Below are positions 30,296-40,438 of a DNA stretch of 64,000 nucleotides, piece after piece. The notes beneath the pieces were generated by a model, which did not search any database, was not told the DNA's origin, and saw only the letters and a list, made by a program, of their open reading frames with translations. Position 1 is the first letter of the stretch. Every line of letters starts with the position of its first letter. The DNA comes from Chlorobiaceae bacterium (GTDB lineage: Bacteria > Bacteroidota > Ignavibacteria > UBA10030 > SZUA-254), in contig PNNN01000049.1 in the NCBI GenBank assembly GCA_013824245.1, positions 13,202 to 77,201 of the forward strand, read 5' to 3'. Made by a program: the position numbers and the translations under genes.

Positions 30296-30835
30296 TTATT
30301 TCGTCCTGCCGTTGACTATTTTATTGAACTCTACATCGATCGGTTCCCATAATTCAATTTTATTTCCTTCGATATCGAGTATATGTAGGAATTTGCCGTA
30401 GTCTGTATTCTCAATTTCATCAAGTATAGTTACCTTATCCTTTTTGAATTGCTCCACAAGGGCTTCAAGATTATCCACACGATAGTTGATCATAAAATCT
30501 TTTGTCGACGGATCGAAATATTTTGTAGAATCTGTGAAGGGACTCCATTGCGTGAACCCATATTTTGAACTATCGCTGCCTTGCCGCCATTCAAAGCTTG
30601 TTCCGTACTTATCCATATTCAAGCCGAGGTTTTTGGAATACCATTCTTTCATCTTCTCCGTGTCTTTGCATTTGAAGAAGATTCCGCCGATGCCGGTTAA
30701 TTTTTTCATGGAGGATTTATTTTCAGATGTTGATTGAAAATTATTGAATGAAAAGCCCAACGCAAATGATATAATCATTGCAACCGTAAATATTGAAAAT
30801 ATTGTTTTTCTATTCATGCTATTAAAATAATCCAT
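30296..30835 (-). CDS. VOC/glyoxalase-fold protein with a signal anchor
   Basis: 179 aa with a glyoxalase-like GGIFFKCKD...IELWEP pattern. Confidence 0.6.
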   Translation of the reverse strand: MDYFNSMNRKTIFSIFTVAMIISFALGFSFNNFQSTSENKSSMKKLTGIGGIFFKCKDTEKMKEWYSKNLGLNMDKYGTSFEWRQGSDSSKYGFTQWSPFTDSTKYFDPSTKDFMINYRVDNLEALVEQFKKDKVTILDEIENTDYGKFLHILDIEGNKIELWEPIDVEFNKIVNGRTK

Positions 30836-30901
30836 TATCGCAGCTCCTTTCCTTTTAAATTAGTAGTTATCAGAAAATAAAATATACATAGATGAATTAT
30901 T

Positions 30902-32890
30902 TTATCTCAATAATACAAGTTTCTTCGTTTCAACATAATTACCGGCTTGTCCCGAAGGGATGGCATTCGCCACAAGGCGATAGTAATACATCCCGCTTGA
31001 TAACTTGCTTGCGTCAAACGTCACCGACTTGTATCCCAGCTGCTCAACACTATTTACCAGCGTTGCCACTTCTCTTCCAAGTACATCAAAGACTTTGAGC
31101 GTGACTTGGCATTGCGTTGGTAGTCGATAGCTAATTGTTGTGCTTGGGTTAAACGGGTTGGGAAAATTTTGTTCTAAACGATAAGACTGGGATACTAGCG
31201 TAAGATTACTTTCAACAGAAGTCATTGGTGTACCATGGAGTGTGAAAGCATAAGGGAACATCCAGCTAAAGGAATCTGGTTGAGCTTCGATTTCTAAATA
31301 GTATTTACCAGAAGAGAGAAGAACTGTTGTATCAATCTGACTTAGTGAATTACTGAATTTGATATACTTGAGAGCATAGGTAGTGTCAAAGATAGCGATG
31401 CTGAATTGTGGAACAGGAATATTGCTCGCTTTTATATTTAGCAAAGTGTTGGTGTTTAAATAAATTGAGTAATCATCGTAGTCGTTTATGAACGGGTTAG
31501 CCTTACTCTGAGTTGTTATCAAACCGTAGTACAAAGTGTCCATGTCAATTTGATATGATTGATTGAAATATGTTGGTTCATCAAGCCCTTTTAGGTCCGT
31601 TGTAATTTCTTTAGGAAGATTGGTGTGATATGCATTAACTAAGAAAGTGTCAGCGTTAAGGAGGTAATAATTATTCAAGTCTGCTCGGATTGCATCAACA
31701 ACACCATCACCAGATAATCCTCCAATTCCGATAACGCAGGAAAAGACTAAGTCGGAAGAAATGTTTTTCTGGTTTAAACCAACTATGCTATCGCCAATTT
31801 CTGCATTACAATTTACGTCGTAGTTATGGAACGCTATTGGATCTAAATTATTTTCATTTCCACCAAAAAGATACACTCCAGGGAAACCATTCGAGTACGA
31901 CCATCGTAAATCTCGTACAGCTTCAGAATATCCATCCAGAATTCCAAATGTCCATTGGTTGCTTCCACCGTGAGGTGTTCCTATGGTCAGCAATTTTGCT
32001 ACATGATGTCTTCCATCGGTTTGCCAAATAGATGAATTCTGAAGATACTCACGTGAAGCCAAACCCCCCATGCTATGTCCTACAAGAATCACTTTGTCGC
32101 TACCAGTTTTATTTAAGACGTGTGCTATAGCAGATTGCAAAGCTTTTCCCTGCTTGACTATCGCAGCTTGATTGCTTTGCACTGTGTCGTTATAAATAGC
32201 TCCGTTCGTATTGACATCGAAATTTATGGTATAGTAATCCCCGCTGTTTAACGTGTTAGTTGTTGTAAAATCATGGATATCATTCGGAAGAAGCGATGTA
32301 GTTAGATCGCTGTCATAGTTCAAACAGTAATCCATCCGTCCGCCGAAAGACCATCCGTAATAATCAAGTTGGGACGTTAAGGAATCCCACGTCTGGTCAT
32401 TGCTTTTAAGCCCATGAATGAAAATAATCGGGTACGGTATATGGCGGCTGAAAACAAAATTGTTCGTTAATGTTAATTGGTTGTTCGGCAAATAAAAGCC
32501 ATTGCTTTCATCTGATTCAGCGACTTCATTATATGGATCAACCTTCCAGCCAACGTAGTAATTGCCTTCAATCAAAGAGGTCGGTATAGGAATAACAATT
32601 TGTTTTGTTTCACTGTTTGATCCACCGGCTAAAGGTTCGACTGAAACGCAGCCAATTCGATAGCCGTCTGTAACGGTTGTCGTCATTGATATGTAAAATG
32701 CTAAATGACTCTGGCTCGAATTAGCAATTCCAGTATTTTGAAGTGTAGTGGTGATAGTTAAAAAATCTCCGCGATCAATAATTGTAGGAGAGAATCCACC
32801 GGTAGAGACGATTAAATCTGGAAGTTGTGCGTTTGAAAAGCCGAAGGAGGCAAAGCTCATTGCGATTAAACTGATAATAGTTCTTTTCAT
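30902..32890 (-). CDS. Secreted CARDB + alpha/beta-hydrolase (lipase-like) protein with a T9SS C-terminal sorting domain
   Basis: Signal peptide, a CARDB-like N-terminus, a GHSMGG nucleophile elbow and a C-terminal NFPNPFNPSTTISY...KKLVLLR tail. Confidence 0.75.
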   Translation of the reverse strand: MKRTIISLIAMSFASFGFSNAQLPDLIVSTGGFSPTIIDRGDFLTITTTLQNTGIANSSQSHLAFYISMTTTVTDGYRIGCVSVEPLAGGSNSETKQIVIPIPTSLIEGNYYVGWKVDPYNEVAESDESNGFYLPNNQLTLTNNFVFSRHIPYPIIFIHGLKSNDQTWDSLTSQLDYYGWSFGGRMDYCLNYDSDLTTSLLPNDIHDFTTTNTLNSGDYYTINFDVNTNGAIYNDTVQSNQAAIVKQGKALQSAIAHVLNKTGSDKVILVGHSMGGLASREYLQNSSIWQTDGRHHVAKLLTIGTPHGGSNQWTFGILDGYSEAVRDLRWSYSNGFPGVYLFGGNENNLDPIAFHNYDVNCNAEIGDSIVGLNQKNISSDLVFSCVIGIGGLSGDGVVDAIRADLNNYYLLNADTFLVNAYHTNLPKEITTDLKGLDEPTYFNQSYQIDMDTLYYGLITTQSKANPFINDYDDYSIYLNTNTLLNIKASNIPVPQFSIAIFDTTYALKYIKFSNSLSQIDTTVLLSSGKYYLEIEAQPDSFSWMFPYAFTLHGTPMTSVESNLTLVSQSYRLEQNFPNPFNPSTTISYRLPTQCQVTLKVFDVLGREVATLVNSVEQLGYKSVTFDASKLSSGMYYYRLVANAIPSGQAGNYVETKKLVLLR

Positions 32891-33196
32891 CTAATCTCCG
32901 AAGAAATACTTGAAGTGCATATTGTAGTTACCATATTCATTGTTATTTCGCATACATTAATAAGTAACGCATGCAGTCTTCATTAAATTATTCGGAATAA
33001 AGTACAAAAGAAGCGACAAAATGTCAAGAACAACTTTGCTCTTTTTCTTATTCGATCGATTTTCTTCAGGAAAGTCTCGAAAACCTTCTAAAAGTTACAA
33101 AAGGCTAAGCGTTTCAACTCTCGGAATGTTACAATATCTTCGGTTTGCATTTATATCTCCGCTTTTCTATCTTTATATCATCATCATAAAAATCCA

Positions 33197-33706
33197 ATGA
33201 ACATAAAATCAATCTTACATATTATCACTGTTATTATACTTACTTTCTCAAATTTCGGCTGCGATAAAGGTCTTGCCCCAACCGAAATATCGCAGGGTGG
33301 CGGCTCAGTTACGAAAGGAATTAGCGGCACTATCCACTTCAGCAATTGGCCCCCCGAAAGCACACTTGTAGATTTACGACTTGTTGCATTTAAAAATTAT
33401 CCGCCAGGCGATATCGTTGCAGAAGTTATGCAGGGGAATGCCCAATATACCGAAACGCTTAAACCATATTTCTCCGATTCACTTTCATATACTCTTGTCC
33501 TTACAGCCGCAACATGGAGCAGCATTCAGTATATCGTTGTCGCACAGCAATTTGGTCCTAACATCCAAGCTGACTGGAGGATGGTTGGTGTTTACTATAC
33601 GCCGGGCGATTCCACAAAACCAGGGAGTCTTAATCTGTCATCGGATGGAATTATTTACGGTATCAATATCAAAGTAGATTTTTTAAATCCACCACCTGCG
33701 CAATAA
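33197..33706 (+). CDS. Hypothetical lipoprotein
   Basis: Lipobox SNFGC; lies 4 nt upstream of the TonB-dependent receptor gene. Confidence 0.6.
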   Translation: MNIKSILHIITVIILTFSNFGCDKGLAPTEISQGGGSVTKGISGTIHFSNWPPESTLVDLRLVAFKNYPPGDIVAEVMQGNAQYTETLKPYFSDSLSYTLVLTAATWSSIQYIVVAQQFGPNIQADWRMVGVYYTPGDSTKPGSLNLSSDGIIYGINIKVDFLNPPPAQ

Positions 33707-33709
33707 GCG

Positions 33710-35908
33710 ATGAGAAATATTTATTTTATATTATTTATAATTTTTGGTTTAAACGCTCTTGGTGTAGGACAAACACAAAAGCGCGGTGAAATTTCGGGTG
33801 TTGTCAAAAGTGTTGATGGAAACCAACTGCTTCCGGGTGTGAATGTTGTTCTCAAACAAACGGTTGTTGGAACGATAACAAATCAATCGGGTGAATTTAC
33901 CATCTCTCGCTTAACCCCTGGTGAGTACACGGTTGTATTTACTCTCGTCGGATATAAAAAAAGTGAAGTTACAGTTGACCTCACTGAAGGTGAGTTAAAA
34001 TCCATTGAAGTTATTTTGCAATCAGCACCTGTTCAAACAGAACCAGTAATTGTAACCGCTAGCAGGAGAGAACAAAGCTTGCAAGAAGCGCCTGCGAGCG
34101 TGAGTTTAATCCATAGTGAAGAATTATCTGCGAGGAATGCCAACACCATTGATCGTGTGCTTCAATATGTTCCGGGTGTGAACATCACACGCGGACAGGT
34201 TAATGTACGCGGCTCAACTGGCTACAGCTATGGCGTGGGAACACGTGTGCTTTTACTTTTAGATGGAATGCCTTTTCTCAGCGGCGATACGGAGGAAATT
34301 ATTTGGGAATCTATTCCAACTATTGCAATAGATAGAATTGAAGTTGTAAAAGGAGCCGGCTCTGCTTTGTACGGTTCCAGCGCTCTTGGCGGAGTCATCA
34401 ATGTTATTACAAAACCTGTGATGGAAGAACCCGAAACATATATTAAAGCTTATGGCGGTACATACTCTACACCAGCGTATTCAACATGGGAATGGAGTGA
34501 TAATGCGCGAACATTATCCGGCTTATCCGCGAGCCGATTGCAAAAATTCGGTGATCTATCGGTTGGTGTTGGAGTCAGCAGAACGCTTGATGATGGTTTC
34601 AAACGGAATGATTATTGGAAACGTTGGAACGGCTGGTCGCGTGTTGGTTATACAATTTCTCCGTATCAATCTATTTCAGTTTCATTTAATTTTATGGATC
34701 AGCGGAGAGGTAATTTTCTTTACTGGAAAGACCTTGATTATGCTCTTGAACCGAAAGATGATCAGTTAGGACAAGGTGTTCATTCGGTGCGATGGAACCT
34801 GACTGCAGGTTATAATCATTTTCTTTCGAATGAATTATATTACACCGTTAGGGCGAGCTGGTACCGTTCCGACTGGAATGATAATGTGCCAAGTAATAAT
34901 TATCCGGAAGGAAGTAGTTCGATTTCAGACAATATCCTTCTTGAAACTCAAATGAATTATCAAATGAGTGATTATCATTATCTGACAGGGGGATTACTCG
35001 GTTCCTTCAATCGCGTTGATGCGATGAAGATTTTCGGTATTCATAAAGCTCGCGGAGGTGCGGCATATATTCAAGACGAAATTAAATGGTTTTCGTCACT
35101 CTCAACAACCGTCGGTGTTCGGCTCGATCTTCAGAAAATGGAAGATGCAGCAACTATTAACCGGTTGAATCCGAAACTTGGTATTGTATACACACCATTT
35201 ACAGCTTTAACATTTCGTGCATCGGCTGGTAGCGGATTCAGAGCGCCATCTGTAGCAGAAACTTTCACGAATACAGATGCAGGCGGATTGACCATTTTGC
35301 CAAATCCTAATCTGAAACCTGAGCGCAGTTGGTCGTACGAAATAGGAGGGACGTACATTCCGTTGCAAGAGATTGAAATTAATGTTTCAGGTTTTGTTAA
35401 TGATTTTCAGGATTTGATAGAACCGACATTCGGTTTAGACGGAAATGTTCATTTTCAAAATATCACGAGCGCACAGATTTCAGGAGTTGAGGGATCGATT
35501 GGCTTCTTTCTTTTTGATAGGGGATGGAATTCAAGAATATCTTACACATATATCTATCCCGAAGATCTAACGAAACACGATGTACTGAAATATCGTCCGC
35601 GAAAACTATTTTACATCTCCACTGAAATTGCACCTGAACCATTCCGGCTTGGAATTGATTACCGTTACTTAAGTCGTGTTGAGCGGATCGATCAGGAGTT
35701 CGTATATCTCGGTATTGTTCCTGATGGCGATCAACGAGTACCGATTTCAGTTGTTGATCTTCACGCTTCGCTCAATTGGCAATTCGCCGGATTACCTTTA
35801 ATCACTCGAATGAACATCAATAATCTTTTTCAATATTATTATGTCGATATGATTGGAAACATGGGACCTATCCGAAATTACGTCTTCACACTTGAATCAA
35901 AATTCTAA
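33710..35908 (+). CDS. TonB-dependent receptor with an N-terminal carboxypeptidase-regulatory-like domain
   Basis: GVVKSVDG..PGVNVV cap domain, plug (IDRIEVVKGAGSALYGSSALGGVINVITK), barrel and a terminal aromatic residue. Confidence 0.88.
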   Translation: MRNIYFILFIIFGLNALGVGQTQKRGEISGVVKSVDGNQLLPGVNVVLKQTVVGTITNQSGEFTISRLTPGEYTVVFTLVGYKKSEVTVDLTEGELKSIEVILQSAPVQTEPVIVTASRREQSLQEAPASVSLIHSEELSARNANTIDRVLQYVPGVNITRGQVNVRGSTGYSYGVGTRVLLLLDGMPFLSGDTEEIIWESIPTIAIDRIEVVKGAGSALYGSSALGGVINVITKPVMEEPETYIKAYGGTYSTPAYSTWEWSDNARTLSGLSASRLQKFGDLSVGVGVSRTLDDGFKRNDYWKRWNGWSRVGYTISPYQSISVSFNFMDQRRGNFLYWKDLDYALEPKDDQLGQGVHSVRWNLTAGYNHFLSNELYYTVRASWYRSDWNDNVPSNNYPEGSSSISDNILLETQMNYQMSDYHYLTGGLLGSFNRVDAMKIFGIHKARGGAAYIQDEIKWFSSLSTTVGVRLDLQKMEDAATINRLNPKLGIVYTPFTALTFRASAGSGFRAPSVAETFTNTDAGGLTILPNPNLKPERSWSYEIGGTYIPLQEIEINVSGFVNDFQDLIEPTFGLDGNVHFQNITSAQISGVEGSIGFFLFDRGWNSRISYTYIYPEDLTKHDVLKYRPRKLFYISTEIAPEPFRLGIDYRYLSRVERIDQEFVYLGIVPDGDQRVPISVVDLHASLNWQFAGLPLITRMNINNLFQYYYVDMIGNMGPIRNYVFTLESKF

Positions 35909-35912
35909 AAAT

Positions 35913-37331
35913 ATGTTAATCGATTCCCACGCGCATTTATTCTTCAAAGATTTTAAAAACGATTTAGATGATGTTCTCAGCCGGGCGAAAGATGCCGGAG
36001 TTGAGTATATCATTTGTCCGGGTACCGATCTGCCAACAAGCATAGCATCTGTAGAACTTGCAGAAAAATATCCATTCATATACGCGGCTGTTGGCTTCCA
36101 TCCTCACGATGCTTCTAAGTTGGATGATAAGTCGTTATCTGAAATCGAAAAATTGTCACACCACCCGAAAGTAGTTGCCATTGGTGAGATTGGACTTGAT
36201 TATCATTACGACTTTTCTCCCCGTTCACAACAGATTGAAGCTTTCAAATTGCAGATTGAATTAGCGCAGAAACGAGATCTGCCAATGATCATTCATAGTC
36301 GTGAGGCAGAGGATGATGTTATCGCGATTCTTGAAAATCAGATTAAGAAAAATCCTGATTGGAGAAAATCGCTTGCGAAAACTTACGATCGCTACCCAAC
36401 ACCTAAAGGTGTCTTCCATTGCTTTCCCGGAGATTCCAAACTTGCTTGGAAAGTTATTAATATGGGATTTTATGTCTCATTAACGGGACCGGTAACTTAC
36501 GGTAACAAACCCAACAAACCGAATTCGATGATCGATGTTGCAACGAATGTTTCTGCTGAACATATTTTACTCGAAACCGATTGTCCGTATCTTACTCCGG
36601 CGCCTTTCCGTGGAAAACGTAATGAGCCGGCATATGTGAAATACATTGCCGAAAAAATAGCAGAGTTGCAACACCTTTCAGTTCAAGACATCGAGCGAGC
36701 AAGCAGTTTCGCCGTTCATAAGCTTTTCGGAATTGGCAAATATCCAGAGCCGGTTTTCGCATACACGATTCGCAACTCACTTTATCTTAACATCACAATC
36801 AGGTGCAACGCCGATTGTGTTTTTTGTGATCGCAAAGGTGAGGCAATTGTGAAAGGCAACAATCTTAAAATTACCAAAGAACCGACGGCTGAAGAAATAA
36901 TCAAAACAATAGCTGATCCGAAGAAATATGAAGATATTGTCTTTTGCGGATTCGGTGAACCGACCATCCGTTTTGATATTTTAAAAGATGTTTCAAGGTG
37001 GATAAAGTCTAATGGAGGCAAGGTCAGATTGAATACGGATGGGCATGGAAATGTTATCAATCATAGGAATATAATTCCCGAGATGGAAGGGTTGGTCGAT
37101 TCAATTTCGATAAGTCTGAATTCAACCGATCCGAAGCAGTATGGGGCTTTGATGCGGATTGAGGGCGAAAAGTATTTTAATGCGATGCTGGAATTCGCTA
37201 AGGAATGTGTTAAGAGCGGCTTCGATGTAACGATGACGATGGTGGATATGAATGAAGTTGATGAAGCTAAAGCGCACTCGTTTGTTGAAAAAGAGATTGG
37301 AGCAAAATTTAAAAATCGTCCATTTTTTTAG
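35913..37331 (+). CDS. TatD-family hydrolase fused to a radical SAM domain
   Basis: N-terminal half has MLIDSHAHL...EIGLDYHY...HSR...ETDCPYL (TatD). C-terminal half has CNADCVFC (CX3CX2C) and FCGFGEP. Start at 35913; the ORF-track start overlaps the upstream gene. Confidence 0.8.
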   Translation: MLIDSHAHLFFKDFKNDLDDVLSRAKDAGVEYIICPGTDLPTSIASVELAEKYPFIYAAVGFHPHDASKLDDKSLSEIEKLSHHPKVVAIGEIGLDYHYDFSPRSQQIEAFKLQIELAQKRDLPMIIHSREAEDDVIAILENQIKKNPDWRKSLAKTYDRYPTPKGVFHCFPGDSKLAWKVINMGFYVSLTGPVTYGNKPNKPNSMIDVATNVSAEHILLETDCPYLTPAPFRGKRNEPAYVKYIAEKIAELQHLSVQDIERASSFAVHKLFGIGKYPEPVFAYTIRNSLYLNITIRCNADCVFCDRKGEAIVKGNNLKITKEPTAEEIIKTIADPKKYEDIVFCGFGEPTIRFDILKDVSRWIKSNGGKVRLNTDGHGNVINHRNIIPEMEGLVDSISISLNSTDPKQYGALMRIEGEKYFNAMLEFAKECVKSGFDVTMTMVDMNEVDEAKAHSFVEKEIGAKFKNRPFF

Positions 37332-37338
37332 GTGAGGT

Positions 37339-39435
37339 ATGAAAAATTTATTTTTATCAATGCTTTTCTTCATTTCAATTTATCATATCGCTTTTTCACA
37401 AACTGAAAAAGAAAAAGCGTTAAAGGAACAACGGGATAAAATAGATCGCATCTTAGAGATGCAGGATAAGCGTACTGTACACGATGGAAAATTAATTTCA
37501 TATTTCTCCGATAACGATCCGGTTGTGCGAGAAAGGGCTGTTATTGCTTTCGGAAGTATTCAAGACACGAACGCAATTCCACTTCTCATTGACAAGCTGA
37601 CGAGAGACTCCGATCAAAACGTGAACATAGCCGCTGCGCTTGCGATTGGACAAACAGCGGGACTATTGTCGCAATCCGCAAAACAATCACTCGAACACGA
37701 TTTAGTCTGGGCAAGAATGGATCAGGTAAGAGGTTCCTCGCGAGAACGACTTATCCAGGAGATAGGAAAATTTGGGACTGAACAAGCTCTTAATGATTTG
37801 ATTTTAAGATTTGGGAATGATGTGTTAGACGTAAAGCCAACAGTTCTTTCTATGAGCATCGCCCGATTTGCTATACGAAATATTACTTCACGTGAAGCTG
37901 TTCAATATCTGTTCCAATTTATCAAGTCCGACAACTCAACACCCTGGGAAGTAATTTATGCTTTGCAGAGGATCGGGAATCACGAAGAGATAAAAAATAA
38001 CATTGAATTGATTGTACCGCTTTGGAAAAGTTCAAATCCAAATGTGCGGATGCATTTAGCAACATTGTTGGGTAAGATAAAAAATCCAACTGTCGCTCTT
38101 GAACCGTTGCAGAAGATGTTCGAATTCGATCCCGATTGGCGGGTTAAAGTGAACGCGGTGCGTGCGCTTTGCAATTATAATTTGAAAAATCAAATTGAGA
38201 TTTTAAATAGAATTCAATGGACATTCGATTCAAAGAATTTAAATCTTGCGGTCGCAACCATCAGTGCATTTGGCAACAGTTCAATGAAAACAGATAACGG
38301 CAACGGTGGAATGAAGGAACTATTCTCACGGCTTGAGAAAATATCGTTGAACTCAGATAACAGTTTCTTGTGGCAATTACAGGCAGAAGCCGCGAATGCG
38401 CTTGCGAAGTTGCAGGGAAAGAAAGCGCTTCCATTCATCAAAATTAATGAAAGAATGTCGATTAATTTGAAGACCCAGCTTGCTGTAGCGCTGGGCACAA
38501 CCGGTTCACCTGAAGTATCATCGGTGCTTGAAGCCATGGTAAATGAGGATAATTATATTTTAGCACGCTCGGCGCTTGAGGGATTGCGTGCATTGTGTCA
38601 GCGTAATAGCATTGATTCATCTCTCATTGCGCTAACATATAACGCCGCAGTGAGAGCTTTGGAACTAGACGATCCGGCGGTTGTTACAACTGCTGCCTCG
38701 ATACTGGGCGATTCGATATTTTTAAGGAGTTCATCATTCGAACCGCTTGCCGATGCGTTATACAAATCTAATTTACCGAATGATGTTGAGGCAATTCAAG
38801 AAATTATTAACACCCTTGGTAAGTTGAGAGATGGACGTGCAGTGAAAATATTACGTCAGCAATTCAATGCCCGCGATATAACAGTCATTCGTGCTGCTGT
38901 CTCAGCATTGAAAGAGATTACCGGTCAGGATTATTCCTCCGAAATTCCAGCATACATAGAACCGATTTACGTGGATTATGATACCGTTTACTTGCACTCG
39001 CTTCCCGAAACAGTTTATGTAACCATGGAAACAATTCGCGGCGATGTAAAAATGGAGTTGTATAAAAATCGCGCTCCTTTTACAGTGATGAGTTTTTTAA
39101 AGCTTGCCACTCAAAGAGGATTTTATCGCGGATTATCGTTTCATCGGATAGTTCCGAATTTTGTTGTGCAAGGTGGTGATCCGCACGGTGATGGATGGGG
39201 TGGACCGGGATATGCGATACGTTCTGAGTTTTCTTTACTCTCCTTCGAAACAGGTTCTATCGGCATGGCAAGTTCCGGTAAAGATACCGAAGGATCACAA
39301 TTCTTTATAACACAATCTCCGCAACCGCACTTAGACGGCAGATATACAAATTTCGGTAAAGTAATATCAGGGATGGATATTGTGAATCGATTGGAATTGG
39401 ATGATCACATTCTCGATATCAGCTTAACTCAATAA
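37339..39435 (+). CDS. HEAT-repeat protein fused to a C-terminal cyclophilin-type peptidylprolyl isomerase
   Basis: Signal peptide, ~500 aa of HEAT-like repeats (DPVVRERAVIAFG..., NPNVRMHLATLLG...), then FHRIVPNFVVQGGDP...GSQFFIT. Confidence 0.8.
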   Translation: MKNLFLSMLFFISIYHIAFSQTEKEKALKEQRDKIDRILEMQDKRTVHDGKLISYFSDNDPVVRERAVIAFGSIQDTNAIPLLIDKLTRDSDQNVNIAAALAIGQTAGLLSQSAKQSLEHDLVWARMDQVRGSSRERLIQEIGKFGTEQALNDLILRFGNDVLDVKPTVLSMSIARFAIRNITSREAVQYLFQFIKSDNSTPWEVIYALQRIGNHEEIKNNIELIVPLWKSSNPNVRMHLATLLGKIKNPTVALEPLQKMFEFDPDWRVKVNAVRALCNYNLKNQIEILNRIQWTFDSKNLNLAVATISAFGNSSMKTDNGNGGMKELFSRLEKISLNSDNSFLWQLQAEAANALAKLQGKKALPFIKINERMSINLKTQLAVALGTTGSPEVSSVLEAMVNEDNYILARSALEGLRALCQRNSIDSSLIALTYNAAVRALELDDPAVVTTAASILGDSIFLRSSSFEPLADALYKSNLPNDVEAIQEIINTLGKLRDGRAVKILRQQFNARDITVIRAAVSALKEITGQDYSSEIPAYIEPIYVDYDTVYLHSLPETVYVTMETIRGDVKMELYKNRAPFTVMSFLKLATQRGFYRGLSFHRIVPNFVVQGGDPHGDGWGGPGYAIRSEFSLLSFETGSIGMASSGKDTEGSQFFITQSPQPHLDGRYTNFGKVISGMDIVNRLELDDHILDISLTQ

Positions 39436-39447
39436 TCGGGTTTTGAA

Positions 39448-40353
39448 TTATCGTCTTTTCAAATCAAATTCATCATATGATTTTTGATGTTCAGGATCGA
39501 TTTTTGAAATTCTGGAATAAATCGATGGTTCTGTTGATCGCTGAAATGTCTCAGAAATTTCAAGATATTTGGTATCGAAGAATGTTCTTATGATGATGCT
39601 TGGTTGATTGATTTTTTCACGAAGTTTTCCTATTTTATCCAACGCGAGAAAGACTCTGCGTAAAGGTAGCTTCTTCTCGGTATAGAGGGAATCAAGCCCT
39701 CTGAAATGATAGATGTGAACCGCCTTCCGAAAATCCTGGAACTTCGGATTCAGAAGTTCATCGATGATTTGAGAACGAGAGTATAAACCCTGCGCCGAGG
39801 GTTCCCAACCTTTTGCATCGGAAGCGGAACCGCGCGCTATGTTTGAAATCTCGTATGCCTTCTGAAAATACGGAGTTCCTCCGCCTGTCTGATATGTATC
39901 GGCATCGTATCCTAAAATCAGATAAATATAAAAATCAATAAAACTCAATAACGGATCGAATCGAGTTTCCATATGCGTGAGAGTTTGATTTCGGATATAT
40001 TCGAAGTTCCACTTGTCATCCATGATGCGAACCACCGCTGTGGATTTATCTGCGCGATAGATCTGCCGTTGACTGCCGATAAATACCTGTGCTTTATAGC
40101 CATGCTCACCTTCGCTGCCATGAAAAGAGATATTGATAGCGCATTTAATTTTCTGATTACCGCGGTCTTCTTGAGTCCAGCGGTGACTATTGATATAATT
40201 CTTGAGTTGAAGTACAAAATCACTCAAATTATCTTTTGCTTCAGATGTTGTCAACGGTTCCAGATCGATGGTTACATCGCAATCAATCTCCTGAGCTTGG
40301 ATGAAAGTAGTCAGATAAAATGACAGAACCGCAAATATGATTATGGTTTTCAT
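39448..40353 (-). CDS. DUF4835-family protein (a family linked to T9SS in Bacteroidota; tentative)
   Basis: Signal peptide, FIDFYIYLILGYDADTY and FFDTKYLEI motifs resembling DUF4835. Start at MKTIIIF (40353) with a GGAG-type SD. Confidence 0.55.
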   Translation of the reverse strand: MKTIIIFAVLSFYLTTFIQAQEIDCDVTIDLEPLTTSEAKDNLSDFVLQLKNYINSHRWTQEDRGNQKIKCAINISFHGSEGEHGYKAQVFIGSQRQIYRADKSTAVVRIMDDKWNFEYIRNQTLTHMETRFDPLLSFIDFYIYLILGYDADTYQTGGGTPYFQKAYEISNIARGSASDAKGWEPSAQGLYSRSQIIDELLNPKFQDFRKAVHIYHFRGLDSLYTEKKLPLRRVFLALDKIGKLREKINQPSIIIRTFFDTKYLEISETFQRSTEPSIYSRISKIDPEHQKSYDEFDLKRR

Positions 40354-40438
40354 AGATAAATTCTCCTGTGTTGAAATATAGAGAATAGAAATCACTTGTT
40401 CAAGTTTCGAATCAATAAAAAAATATCATGGAGGAAAT

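Noticed and set aside
32891-33196. Possible riboswitch in the 300-nt leader of the lipoprotein/TonB-receptor pair
   Set aside because: I found no B12 box, TPP box or other conserved riboswitch core by eye. An Rfam scan would be needed to exclude one.
35853-35912. Upstream start of the TatD-rSAM ORF
   Set aside because: It overlaps the 3' end of the TonB-dependent receptor gene. The TatD motif MLIDSHAH begins at the Met at 35913.
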